Shown here: positions 49,668 to 60,812 of the stretch, piece by piece
How positions within the stretch are numbered: position 1 is the first letter of the stretch
Layout of the letters: each line of letters starts with the position of its first letter
Assembly (NCBI RefSeq): GCF_004010195.1
Contig: NC_057720.1
Location: 11,212,999-11,276,998, forward strand
Length of the DNA stretch: 64,000 bases
Direction of reading: 5' to 3'
DNA from: Chiloscyllium plagiosum
Lineage: Eukaryota
Translations under genes and position numbers: made by a program
Notes under the pieces: generated by a model
The model's input: the letters and a program-made list of their open reading frames with translations, nothing else
The model's database searches: none
Told to the model about the DNA's origin: nothing

Positions 49668-49764
49668 GGAGAAAGTGAGGGCTGCAGATGCTGGAGATCA
49701 GCAGCAGGTCAGGCAGCATCCAAGGAACAGGAGAATCGACGTTTCGGGCATAAACCCTTCTTCA
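49668..49764 (-). mobile_element. PLE family A 3' fragment ending in hammerhead core
   Basis: ggagaaagtgagggctgcagatgctgg...cgtttcgggcataaacccttcttca; tagagcag on both sides. Confidence 0.85.
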
Positions 49765-50059
49765 TGTAGAGCAGATCAATTATGAGCAACAGTTAACTTC
49801 CTTCATAAACCAGATGGGTTTTTACACCAATGGGCAATGGTTTATAATCATCATTAGACTTTTAATTTCAAACCTTTTTTTATTGAATTCAGATCCCACC
49901 ATCTGTCATAGAACATGAGACATACCTAGGTCTCTGGATTACTAATCCACCAACAGTACCCCTATTGTCTCCTCTCATACATTAATTATATTATCAATGT
50001 AATATTACACTAGCTTCTTGGTGGTGTTTTCATTCCTGCATCAAAATGTTTAGAATACA

Positions 50060-50620
50060 AATTGTTGAGCACATAATCTCGGCTGACAATTCCGTGCAGT
50101 ACGAAGGGAGTGTTGCACTGTCGGAAGTGGCCTCTCTCGGATAAGCCATGAAACCAATGTAACTGGATGTGAGGAGTGTCAGATCCACCATGATCCTGTG
50201 GAATGGCGGAGCAGGCTTAAGGGCTGAATGGTCTACTTCTGCTCCTATTTCGTACAGTCTTAGAGCCTGAAAGTCTAGTCTGTTCTTATCTGATATTGCT
50301 CTTCTGGGAGCCAGTACAGACATGATGGGTCAAATGGCCTATTTCTGTACTGTAAAGTTTAGGCTTTAAAAAGTCCCATGGCATTACTTGAAGAGCTAAT
50401 GAAAAATCTTGCACTTTCCTCACCAATATATATCCCTTAACCGATGCCTCAAAACATGTGATCTGTTTTGTGGTGTTGGCAGAGCATTGTGTGAGTATTG
50501 GGGCTGTTACATTTTATATTACAAGAGTGATAACAGTTCAAAATGTACCTCATTCAGTGTGAATGCTATGGGACTCCCTAAGGTATGAAAGGCATTACAT
50601 AAACGCAAGTCTTTCACTCT
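50060..50620 (+). mobile_element. SacSINE1-like DeuSINE split by CR1 tail fragments (50170-50365)
   Basis: gtgcagtacgaagggagtgttgcactgtcgga head; tgaaaggcattacataaacgcaagtcttt tail. Confidence 0.75.
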
Positions 50621-51079
50621 CTTTTTTGGAGAATGAGCTAATGAGGTCAAGTAAACCTTGAAGCCACAGCCTTCTGACTGAGTTGGGACAGGGCTACCAA
50701 CTCAGTGAAGGTAATACATGTAGCGATGCATCACCATCCTCCAAGTTTCAAGAAATGGGTATGAGCAGAGTTATACTGTTGACCCATATGCAGTGCACAC
50801 CCCTTACCCTGTGGAGATCAATCCAGGTTAACGTGGAATACGGAGGTTAACAGAAATGATAAAGCAGTAAGGCCATTAGACTAATCCTGATGCTTAACCA
50901 GCCCAAAGTTTGCACTCTTCCCAACACAGAACACTGGTAAATTGACCAACCTCTCCGCTCACCCTGATCAGAATGGGGCTGAACCCCTTGCAGCCCTACC
51001 ATTCGGTCAAACTAGCTGGTCAACCCAGGGCTCTACTGACCAGCCTGGTAGCCATACGGTAACAGTAGACCTCCACACC

Positions 51080-51370
51080 GAATCTCTACGCTGTGGAAGC
51101 AGGCCATTTGGCCCATCGATTCCACACCAACTCTCCCACCCAGATCCACCCCATTCCCTGTAACCCTACATTTCCCATGGCCAATCCACCTAACCTGCAT
51201 ATCTTTGGATTGTGGGAGGAAACCAGAGCACCCAGAGGAAACCCACGCAGACACGGGGAGAATGTGAAAACACCACATACTCCCGTAGCTGGAATCGAAC
51301 CCAGGTTCCCAATGCTGTGAGGCACCAATGAGCAAAGAACAAAGAACAGTGCTGGCTACTGAGCCACCAT
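51080..51370 (-). mobile_element. HE1-type V-SINE
   Basis: Reverse-complement head, V-domain, tail. Confidence 0.88.
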
Positions 51371-51377
51371 GTTACCA

Positions 51378-51555
51378 TGAGAATGGGTTAACAATTTGAA
51401 GGAGTTGAACTCAACATTAATTCCAGAAGCTTGTAAAGTTCATGTGAAGATGAGGTGTTGTTCCTCCAGTTTGTGCTGTGTTTCACTGGAGCATTGCAGC
51501 ATGCTGAGGACAGACAGGTGGGCATGCGAGCAGGATGCTGTGTTAAAATGAGAAG
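51378..51555 (-). mobile_element. PLE GIY-YIG C-terminal fragment
   Basis: HFNTASCSHAHLSVL...KLEEQHLIF...GINVEFNSF; homologous to 55905-56025. Confidence 0.8.
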
Positions 51556-51699
51556 GGTCACTCCAGAATTAAATTAGTCCAACAAAATCCCGTTTACATC
51601 TGCTAGTTTCTGAATTCCAACATTACGTCAATCTAAGAAGTTTCTGCCAATCATCACCCCTATCTTCCAGCCGGCCAGAGTAAACTGTTTGAAATGATT

Positions 51700-52060
51700 C
51701 CATTCTGCATTCCTGGATCATCAATATGCCTGATAGAGTACGGAGAAGCTGTTTTCTCTGGCAGGCTTGAAACCAAAGGGCACAGATAAAAGATTATGAA
51801 CAAAAGAGCACTAGGAAAGATGAGGAGCTTTTTCTTAACCCAATGAGTGATGATGATATGGAATACCCTGTCGGGAAAAGCAGCGGTAGAAGATCCGATA
51901 GTAACATTTGGAGGGGCATTGGACTTACAAAAACTTACAAAAAGCATTTTTCAATCCTGAGGGAATAAACAGAATTGTGGGACAAATCAGTTGAAGGCTT
52001 TCAAAAGGGCTAGGAGTGGCAAGGTGAGCCAAAAGGCCTCTCTTAGTGCTGTAAAATCAT
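51700..52060 (+). mobile_element. Degraded CR1 3' end
   Basis: aaccaaagggcacagataaaag; aacccaatgagtgatgatgatatggaataccctg. Confidence 0.65.
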
Positions 52061-52768
52061 ACATTTCATAGTGACTGGGGAATCCTGATGATTTTGAATG
52101 TGATAACAAAGGCACGACCAACAGGAAATTATTTCCCAAGCAATTAATCTAATAGCCACGCATTGGTTCTGACTAACAAGTTAAAAATGTTAATAATCAT
52201 AGGGCCATTGTCTATGATTGGAAACTCATCAAAGTTAAAGTGTAGCACAGTAATAATTAATTGGAGGAATGTAAGAACATTTATTACATAGGTTTCAATG
52301 GAGAAACAGTCGGAACACAGTGACTTGCCGTTAATGAGGGGCTCAATCTGATTTCTTTTTAAAATGTCATGCTTTAATAGGTCAATGATTTTCACAAAGT
52401 AAACCTTAAGGCAGACATGATATGCATGCAACGAGAAGCTCAACCTGGAGTGTATCATTGGATAGATACCCGAGTGAATCTCCCACTTATAACTGTTCCT
52501 CTGCTTGCTGTCCTGCCAGTAATCTTTGTATTGCTTAAAGCTAACGTGAGGCCTAACATCCGCTCGTGACACTTGGGAGTGCCACACAGCCCCAGTGGGA
52601 ATACTGCAAAGTGACCTTTCTGGAAATGTGAGAAATAACAAAGCTGCATTTACGTAGCTGCTTTTACGATCCCAGGACGTCACAGATCTTGTGGATATAA
52701 GAGCATTAAAAATTGGGAGAGGAGTAGATTGCTCGACTATTGAAGCCTGCTCTGCCATTCAATAGGAT

Positions 52769-53004
52769 TGGGATAATACCACAGAGGCTGGTATCCCATT
52801 ACCAAGTCACCCTTTATTTACACAGGGAGACTCCTTGACACTGATCCAGCTCCCCCAGAGCCAACTCTCAGGGTGAACAGGATGGCTGACACTTCTATTC
52901 TTATCTGTCAGCCAGGGCTCCCTGATTGGATCAGATTAACAGCCCCAGTCAGGGACCTCATATTCTATAAGGTCCACTTGGCGGACTTCATTACAATCAC
53001 TACA
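52769..53004 (-). mobile_element. Short solo LTR (236 bp) inside a CR1 tail
   Basis: TG...CA ends; 5 bp TSD aggat at 52764-52768 and 53005-53009. Confidence 0.8.
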
Positions 53005-53398
53005 AGGATATTCCAACATTCATCATGTCCATTCTCCTGCACTTTCCCTGTAATCCTTGTTTCCCAGACTGATCAAGAATTTATCTCTCTCAGCCATAAA
53101 TATACACAAGGACTTTGTCCCCACAGCTCTCTGCAGCAAGGAGTTCCACAAACCCACAAACCACTGAGAGAAGAAATTCTTCCTTATCACAGCCTTCAAT
53201 TGAAGCCCGTTTGTCCTGAGACTATGCCTTATGACATCTAGTCCAAAACAAAGTGAGCAATAACTGGCCCTAACTCCAGTTGTAGCCTAGCTGATCATTA
53301 CCTCTTTGCTGTTTGTGGGTGCTTGCAGTACATGAATGGGCTGCTGTATTTTCCTACATTTCAACCTCAACTACCTTTGGCAAAGTAATCAGTGCTGT

Positions 53399-53728
53399 GG
53401 TGGCACAGTGGCTCAGTGGTGAGCACCGCTGCCTCACAATGCCAGGGACCCAGGTTCGATTCTAGCCTCGGGCTACCGTGTAGAGTTTGCACATTGTCCC
53501 TGTTTCTGCATGGATTTCCTCTGGGTGCTCCGGTTTCCTTCCACAGTCCAAAGATATGTAAATTTGCCTTGTTAAATTGCCCATAGTGTTCAGGGATGTG
53601 TAGGTTGGGCACATTAGTCAGGGGTAAATATAAGGTAGGGGGAATGGGTTTGGGTGGGTTACTCTTTGGAGGGTCAGTGTGGACTTGTTGGGCCGAAGGG
53701 CCTGTTTCCACACTGTTGAGATTCTATG
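53399..53728 (+). mobile_element. HE1-type V-SINE
   Basis: Head, V-domain, tail. Confidence 0.92.
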
Positions 53729-54472
53729 AAAATACTGAGGAAATGCTGAGAATACAAACACCTCTGTATAAAAGAAAGCCCATTGTGTTCTCCATCTTCG
53801 ATGTTTTTGGCAATAACCTTTACTAACAAGAATTCCTCGGCCTGTCTTGATGTTTTGCTTTCGAGGAGGTCTGAAAAACGCCTCCAAGTGTCAACATTCA
53901 CAGCAGAGCTCAAAAGGAATTCAAGTTGGCAGAACATTGGTGAGTTGGCAGAATCAGAGCTCAATAAGAAATTCAAGTTGGCAGAACGTTTTAAACCAGA
54001 CGCGCCCTCAGTGTAATGCACTGCCTGGAAGGTGGAGGAAGACAAAATCAATGATAAGTTTAGGAAGAAAACTCGATATACACTTGAAATGTTTGCAGGG
54101 TTTAAAGGAATGAAACAAATTGGTAGCTCTTTAAAAATGTGTGCAGAAACAGTATAGTAGTCTTCTTCCATGTTAGAAGTCATTAATAAAACCTTCACTA
54201 AGGTCAATCAGCAACTGCAACATGGTTAAGGGTGTTAATGGCATTTATGACATATTGTTAAGACACATGAAAAGGTAACTGTTTAATTAAAAACCGAGAG
54301 TATGTATAAAGATAGCCTGCTGGAACACTGGGTTGGTCGGTAGGTAATCATATTGCCGCATCTGGGAATAAACCAACTATCAAAAAAAAACATTTGTGTC
54401 TAATTTCACACTGACTTGGTGTCAAAATAAGAAGAGGGAGGAGCTGGGTCTACGTTCAGTTACTGTGATCCT

Positions 54473-55017
54473 TGTGACAATGATGCCACTTTTAAAAGGT
54501 TATTTTGTCCTTGGTTTTTTTGAAGAGAGGTCATAAAGGCAGAGGTGCCGAAGAGTCTAAATAATGGCAGGGGAGTGGCCAGTTCTCCCAGTTCAGGCTT
54601 GTACTAGTTTTGTTTTAGCTGTAGCAGTCACAGGATGTGTGAGTCCAAAAGAGTTGCAAGCTTCAGTAAAGGATTCTCTGAAATTTATCTCTGGATGTTG
54701 TGTCCTCCTGCCTGTAACAATCAATGTTTAAATTTACCTTTTCACCAAGGGGTGTGTTTTGGGATGTTACTGTATTGGAACAGTTAATCAGTTCAGTAGT
54801 TGTATTGTGTTTGTTAAGATTTCCAAATAGTTAAATTATTCTAAATTCCGCTTTCTTTTGTTCGTGTTTCAATGGTAGCATTTAAATAAATTCTGTTTTT
54901 CCGAGTGATCTGACCAGCTGTATCACACCTGGAACATCCACTTCACACCTGCCTTTAAACTAGGGTGTAGGCTTCCTTCTTAAAATATTTTGAAGGGGTT
55001 TGGCTTGGTCCATAACA
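54473..55017 (+). mobile_element. Solo LTR (545 bp)
   Basis: tgtgac...cataaca ends; 4 bp TSD tcct at 54469-54472 and 55018-55021; aataaa near 54886. Confidence 0.8.
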
Positions 55018-55282
55018 TCCTGGATGTTGTCAAGAGCAAGATGTTACATGAATAAAGGTTCTCTCTTCTCACTCTTTTGCTTCAAGCAAGACCCAGAATT
55101 TACTGATACCAAGTAACTGCACAGTTGTGACCCATATTTCCAACTCATTATTGAGATGAATAAAGAACAAACACACAAAACAGCGGAACTAACCAATGCA
55201 CAACCGTCAGGCAATCTCAGATCTAATTTCAGACATTCAGGAAGGAAAATAATTTAGTCAGCCATAAATTAAAGGGATCTGA

Positions 55283-56030
55283 AGACAGCGAATGCAGGAG
55301 ATCACAGTAGGGTAGACAAGCAGGAGGCAGGAAGAACACAGTGAGCCAGGCAGCATCAGAGGATGGAGAAGTCAACGTTTCGGGTTGTAACCCTTTTTCA
55401 GGACTGGGAGTGGGTGTACAGGGAGCTGCAGATAAAGCTGGGGCGGGGTGGGGGGGGGGGGGGGGCGCGGGGAATGGGCAGGGTTTTGTGAGTCCTCCAG
55501 GCTGTCCAGGTGGCAGATGGAGTGTTGTTCACCCCATCTTTTCCAGCACCATTCTAATCTTGACTCTGATCTCCAGCATCTGCAGCCCTCACTTTCGCCT
55601 GTTATTCACAGCAGGTTAGACAGCTTCAATGGACAGAAAACAGCCTAACATTTCGAGTCTAGATGACTCTTCATCAGAGCTCAAGTGAAGTGTGGAGGGG
55701 GCAGCATTTATACAATAGTGGAGGGGGAGGTTGGAATGCTGGGATGTTGATAGTTCAGATCAAGTGATCAGAATGTGAGAATGGAAGAGCAATTGTGTGT
55801 CTACCTCCCAGCCTGGAAAGAACATTCAGTGCCACTGGGTTGGGGGAAGGGGAAAGAGGACATGGTGAAAGAGAATGCAACAAGTAAAGCTAAAATAAAG
55901 GGAAGGAATGGGTTCGCAATTTGAAGGCGTTGAACTCAATATTAAATCCAGAAGATAGTAAAATTAATGTGAAGATGAAATGTTGCTCCTCCATTTTGCG
56001 CTGTGATTCATTGGAGCATTGCAAAGTGGT
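55283..56030 (-). mobile_element. Cluster of PLE fragments
   Basis: Hammerhead motifs at 55371-55404 and 55645-55681 (-); RKMEEQHFIF...GFNIEFNAF at 55905-56020. Confidence 0.8.
55645..55681 (-). ncRNA. Minimal hammerhead motif, canonical C3-G8, family B-like stem II
   Basis: AGCU-CUGAUGA-A-GAGUC(AUCUA)GACUC-GAAAU-GUU-AG. Confidence 0.72.
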
Positions 56031-56058
56031 CACCCAGTCTGTGTTTAGTTTCTCCAAT

Positions 56059-56642
56059 GTCAAAAAGTGTGAAGCTGAGAAAGCACAGTAGGTCAGGCAG
56101 CATCCAAGGAGCAGGATAGTCGACGTTTTGGGCATAAGCGCTTCATCAGGAATGGGTATTTCTGGACCCTTCTTTCAAGTCAGTACAAGAGAGAGAATAT
56201 GGGATGCTAACGGGAATTTGCGCAGTTTCCATTTGTTTCCTAACTTTTCAGAACTAACTCCTTTTTCTAGAAGCAAACTATTTCTTACATTTAACTTCGA
56301 CGGGGGTTTCTGCACACTGCAACCAAACTGAGTTTTTTTTCTCCTGAAGCAGAAAATAATCCCTCATTCTTAGAAAGCAAAAGCAAGTTAATGCTTTTCA
56401 ACATTTACTCTGTTCAGTCATAAAACTAACTGCGCAAACAAATTCCCATTAGCATCCCAATTGCTCTCTCCCTCTCTCATACTGACTTAAAAGAAGACTC
56501 CAGAAATGCCCATTCCTGATGAAGGGCTTATGCCTAAAACCTCAATTCTCCTGCTCCTCGGATGCTGCCTGACCACTTGTACTTTTCCAGCACCACACGT
56601 TTTGACTCTGACTCGCCAGCATCTGCAGTCCTTGCTTTCTCC
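56059..56642. mobile_element. Older PLE inverted-repeat element
   Basis: Diverged ~170-180 bp arms 56059-56227 / 56428-56606, each with a decayed hammerhead, ~200 bp spacer. Confidence 0.8.
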
Positions 56643-56699
56643 TTTTCGCTTCTGCGATGTAGAGTAGGCCATATTGGGCACATTGTTTCAAATCCAGGT

Positions 56700-56985
56700 T
56701 ATGCCTTATTTCAAAGTTGGAAGGCCATCCGAGGTCTGGAGATATGATGTAAGCTGACATTCCAGTGCAGTACCACGGGGAGAATGCAACAGTGCCACAG
56801 GTGTCGTCATTTAGAAGAGACATTAATCAACAGGCCGGTCAGCTCTTTCATGTGAATTTGACAGATCTCATCACACTGTTTTGAAGAAGAAATGGAGAGT
56901 TTACTCTAGTGTTCTGGCCTGCAGTCATCCCGAACCTAACATTACAGAAACGCATGATCAGGTCTTTATTATTCACCAAATAGTC
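56700..56985 (+). mobile_element. SacSINE1-like DeuSINE fragment
   Basis: gctgacattccagtgcagtac...gaagaagaaatggagagttt. Confidence 0.65.
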
Positions 56986-57911
56986 AGCATCAAAGAAGAA
57001 ACATGCTGAGGCATCTTGAAAGACCCGATAAGGTATAAGCAAAATGAAAGCTCTTTATTTACTTTCCTCTTGGGAATATGTGTTGTGTTCAGGCTTTCTA
57101 ATGAAATTATAAATGCCAGTTCCAATTTTTTTTGTTGGCTGGATATCCTGAAGGCAGAATCCACTTAAAATGCCTCGAGTCAGCTTTTAAAGAAATGCCC
57201 AGTCAGAAAAGAAACATTTGTAGTCACTTTGCTCAGATTTGGCTGAAAAAGAAAATAAAAATGTGTTTGAAATGTTGGGTTTTTGTGGGGGGTTGTTTTG
57301 TTTGACATTACCTGGCGGGATGAGCCTGGTCTTACTTCAGACAATAAGGGTCGGGTTTTTGGTTTTGGGAGGAGCAAGTGTCATTCTTCTGACTGAGATT
57401 AAACATTAATCTGAAGGACATCTGGCAAGTGAAAAGGTGATAGGAGCAGCGATAATGAAAATCTGGCATAGAATTGTTAGCAAATCAAGTGGAAAATTGC
57501 TCTTCAGGGAAACCAAAGGAGTTAACAGACCATTAAAGCTTTTAATAATGTTCGTATTTCAGCTTTATTTTAATTCATTCCGGTAGATGTTGGTGTCACT
57601 AGCAAGGCCAGTATTTATTGCCAATTCCTAGCTGCCCTGAGAAATTAGTGTTGAACCTTCTTTCATAAACGAGATGCTGCAAGTAGTTCTCATATTTTTA
57701 CTTTGGAAGGTCTGCCCACCATCTACAAGCCACAAGTCAGGAGTGTGATTGAATACTCCCCGTTTGCCTGGATGAGTGCAGCTCCAACAACAAAGAAACC
57801 TGCTTGATTAATCCCTCATTCACCAGCTTGCACATGTATTCTCTCTGCCACTGATGCACTGCAGTGTGTACCATCTATAACATCCATCACCAGAACTTTC
57901 CAAATTCACAA

Positions 57912-58210
57912 CATGGTGGCTCAGTGGTTAGCACTGCTGCCTCACAGCATAAGGGTCCCAAGTTCGATTCCAGTCTCAGGCGACTATCTGTGTGGAGTTT
58001 GCACATTCGCCCCGTATCTGTGTGGGTTGCCTCTGGGTGCTCCGGTTCCTTCCCACAGTCCAAAGATTTGCAGGTTAGGTGAATTGATTGTGCTAAATTC
58101 CCCATAGTGCTAGGTGCATCATTCAGAGGGAAATGGGTCTGGGTGGGTTACTCTTCGGAGGATTGGTTGGGCCGAAGGGCCTGTTTCCACAGTGTAGGGA
58201 GTCTAATCTC
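57912..58210 (+). mobile_element. HE1-type V-SINE
   Basis: Head, V-domain, tail. Confidence 0.92.
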
Positions 58211-58211
58211 T

Positions 58212-58482
58212 CTACTACCAGGGACAAGAGAAACCTGAACACCACAATCCAAAGGGATGTGAATCTGTGGAATTTCCTGCCCAGCACAGCAGCTGAGGTT
58301 GCCTCTTGGAATGATTTTAAGGCAAAGATGGATAGATTTTTGAAAATTAAAGGAATTAAGGGTTATGGTGAGCAGGCGGGTAAGTCCCTGAAAAGATCAT
58401 GATCTTATGATGCCATAATCTTACTGAGTGGTGGAGTAGGCTTGATCTGCCAGATGGCCTATTCTTGCTCCTATTTCTTATG
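58212..58482 (+). mobile_element. CR1 3' end
   Basis: gtgaatctgtggaatttcctgccc; ggcctattcttgctcctatttcttatg tail. Confidence 0.8.
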
Positions 58483-58757
58483 TTTTTATGGACGTTCCCC
58501 TCCAAGCTGTTCACCATCTGATCTTGGGGCCATATCTCCATTTCTTCACTGTCGCTGGGTCAAATCCTGGAACTCCTTCTACTACAGCATTAGGGGATGC
58601 ACCTACAACAGCAGCGGTTCAACTGGACAGTTCATCACCTTCTCCTCCAGGGACAATGCTGGACCTACCACATTAGAAGGATTCTTTGTGTTTGAAAACA
58701 CTGCAATCCATGTGGTACTTAGTTTTATTCCTGACAATAGAGGAGTTTACTTATCAA

Positions 58758-58912
58758 TAAAAACCATACAACACCAAGTTATACATAGTCCAACAGGTTT
58801 ATTTGGAAGTTTATTTGCTTCCAAATAAATCTATTGGACTATAATCTGGTGTTGTATGATTTTTAACTTTGCCCACTCCAATCCAACACCAGCTCTTCCA
58901 CATCATGGCTAC
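58758..58912. mobile_element. PLE-like family C fold-back mini-element
   Basis: Inverted arms around 58810-58816; 9 bp TSD acttatcaa at 58749-58757 and 58913-58921. Confidence 0.82.
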
Positions 58913-58929
58913 ACTTATCAAATTTTTAA

Positions 58930-59470
58930 ATTTATTCGCAGGATGTGGGACTTGGCCAATATTTATTCTCCATCACTCATTACCCAGAGGGAGTTGAAAG
59001 TCAGCCCAATCACTGTGGGTCTGGAGTCACATGTAGGCCAGCCCAGGTGAAGATAGCAGATTTCCTTCCCTGAAGGACAAAAGTGAACCAGTTGGGTTTT
59101 TTTTTAAAACAACAATTGACATCGGTTATTGAGCTGAGGAGAAATGTTTTCACCCAGAGAGTGGTGAGCCTGTGGAAGCATCTGCCGGAGAAAGTGATTG
59201 AGACCAAAATATTGAATTATTTCACGTAGGGGTTAGAAATAGTTCGAAAGGGAGTCAAATGGTATGGAGAGAAAATGGGAGCAGGATACTGAGTTGGATG
59301 AACAGCCGTGATCAAATTGAATGGCCTACCCCTGTTCCTATGTTACATGGTCACATAAAACAACTGGAATAATATTTTACTATATGCCCTGGTGAGATTC
59401 GAGCCCATGTCCCCAGAACATGAGTCAGGGACACCGAATTAGTAATATTACCAGTACATCACTGCTTCCC
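58930..59470 (-). mobile_element. tRNA-headed SINE split by a CR1 3' end (59130-59345 +)
   Basis: Tail/body 58930-59125, head 59360-59470 in reverse complement. Confidence 0.72.
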
Positions 59471-59789
59471 CTTAATGATCAGTGAATAGTTTGCAGCTTT
59501 GAGATAATTGCACAGCTTTTTGTTTCAAGTGATGTGAAACTGAATTCCAATTCTCAAACCTCCCTGATAGGAATGGAATTGCTGGATCCTGATGATGGGG
59601 AGGAAGCCAGGATGGGTGGGCGGTAGCAGGACAAACCCAGAAGCAGTGGGGAATGTAACAGCAGCTTCTCAATTTAAGGGCAGGAACTCTTCAGCAATTC
59701 CTTTTCTTTATTTCCCAGATGGTCAACTTGAAGAGATTGTGCGTCAATGGTTAGGGGAGGTGGGAGGGAGGAGAGAATGCAGGGAGAAA

Positions 59790-60170
59790 GGAGACATATT
59801 ATCACTGGATTATTAACCCAGAGCCCAGGGGTCGACTCTCCTGCTCCTCGTATGCTGCCTGACTTGCTGTGTCTTTTCCAGCACCACACTTCATGAAATA
59901 TTAACCCAGAGACTCTGGTAATGTTCCCAGGGACCTTGGGTTCAAACCCTGCCATGGAAGCTGGTGGAATTTGTATTCAATTGAAGTCTAATGATGACCA
60001 TGAATCCATTGCCAATTGTCATTTTAAAAATCATCAGATTCACTATTGCTCTTTAGGAAAGGAAACTGCCATCCTTACCTGGTCTGGCGTACAAGTGACT
60101 CCAGAACCACAGCAATGTGGTTGACTCTTAACTAGGGATGGGAAATAAATGCGGGCCTAGCCAGTGAGGA
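59790..60170 (+). mobile_element. tRNA-headed SINE with short PLE insertion (59831-59895)
   Basis: B-box gggttcaaaccc; tattaacccagag duplicated at 59811-59823 and 59899-59911. Confidence 0.82.
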
Positions 60171-60812
60171 GGCTGATCATAAGCCCTAGGATGAATTATA
60201 GGTGGGTGTGTTAAGGGATCATGGATGGTGGGGAGATTGTGCAAATGGGGAGGTTTAAGAGATTGTAGCCCTTGAGGGAGTTTGTCAGTGGAGGGTGGAG
60301 AGATTGTAGGCCTGAGGGATGACACAGCATTATGAAGAGATGGTGAATCCAGTGGAGAGGTCTCTAGTACACATATTGCGAATCAGGGAGATTGTAGGTG
60401 GAGAGTTTGAAGATGCAGGGGATTTGGGGAAAATAGTTGCTGCAGATTAATGGAGGGAAGGCTACCGTTGTGAAATCATGGGCCAGGAAACGATGGTTGG
60501 AGAGATGGTGGGGAAAGAAACTGACTCTTCTGCAGCCTTCAAACAGTGCTGGGTCTGTGCTTATTTCTGTTTACAGCCATTCTTACGTCCCTTCCTTTGC
60601 TGCATTTTCCCAAGTTCATGCAAAGGGGAACCAGGTTAAGCCTCATTCAGGTATCCAGGTCAGTGACTCACTGACAGAAAGTAGGCTGATGACACGTTCA
60701 TCCCCTCCACAATCTACCAACACCCATCATGATGGGTTTCACTATCACCCATCACTTCCCATGATGTGTGTACCAACAATCCCAAGTATTGAGCCATGAG
60801 TGCTCAGTGATT

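Larger units (their letters stand above)
48150..49970 (-). mobile_element. 5' half of second-lineage LINE: tRNA-like head, short UTR, APE domain
   Basis: Head/body 49970-49620, UTR 49300-49165, then KVLLTNIWG...GGTVIYS...WMGDFNV...PWFDRECRRA. Confidence 0.85.

Noticed and set aside
52144..52758. 204 aa minus-strand ORF
   Set aside because: Starts in CR1 tail and DeuSINE remnants and runs into AT-rich DNA; not protein-like
53674..54207. 177 aa minus-strand ORF
   Set aside because: Crosses a decayed CR1 end, a local duplication and an HE1 tail
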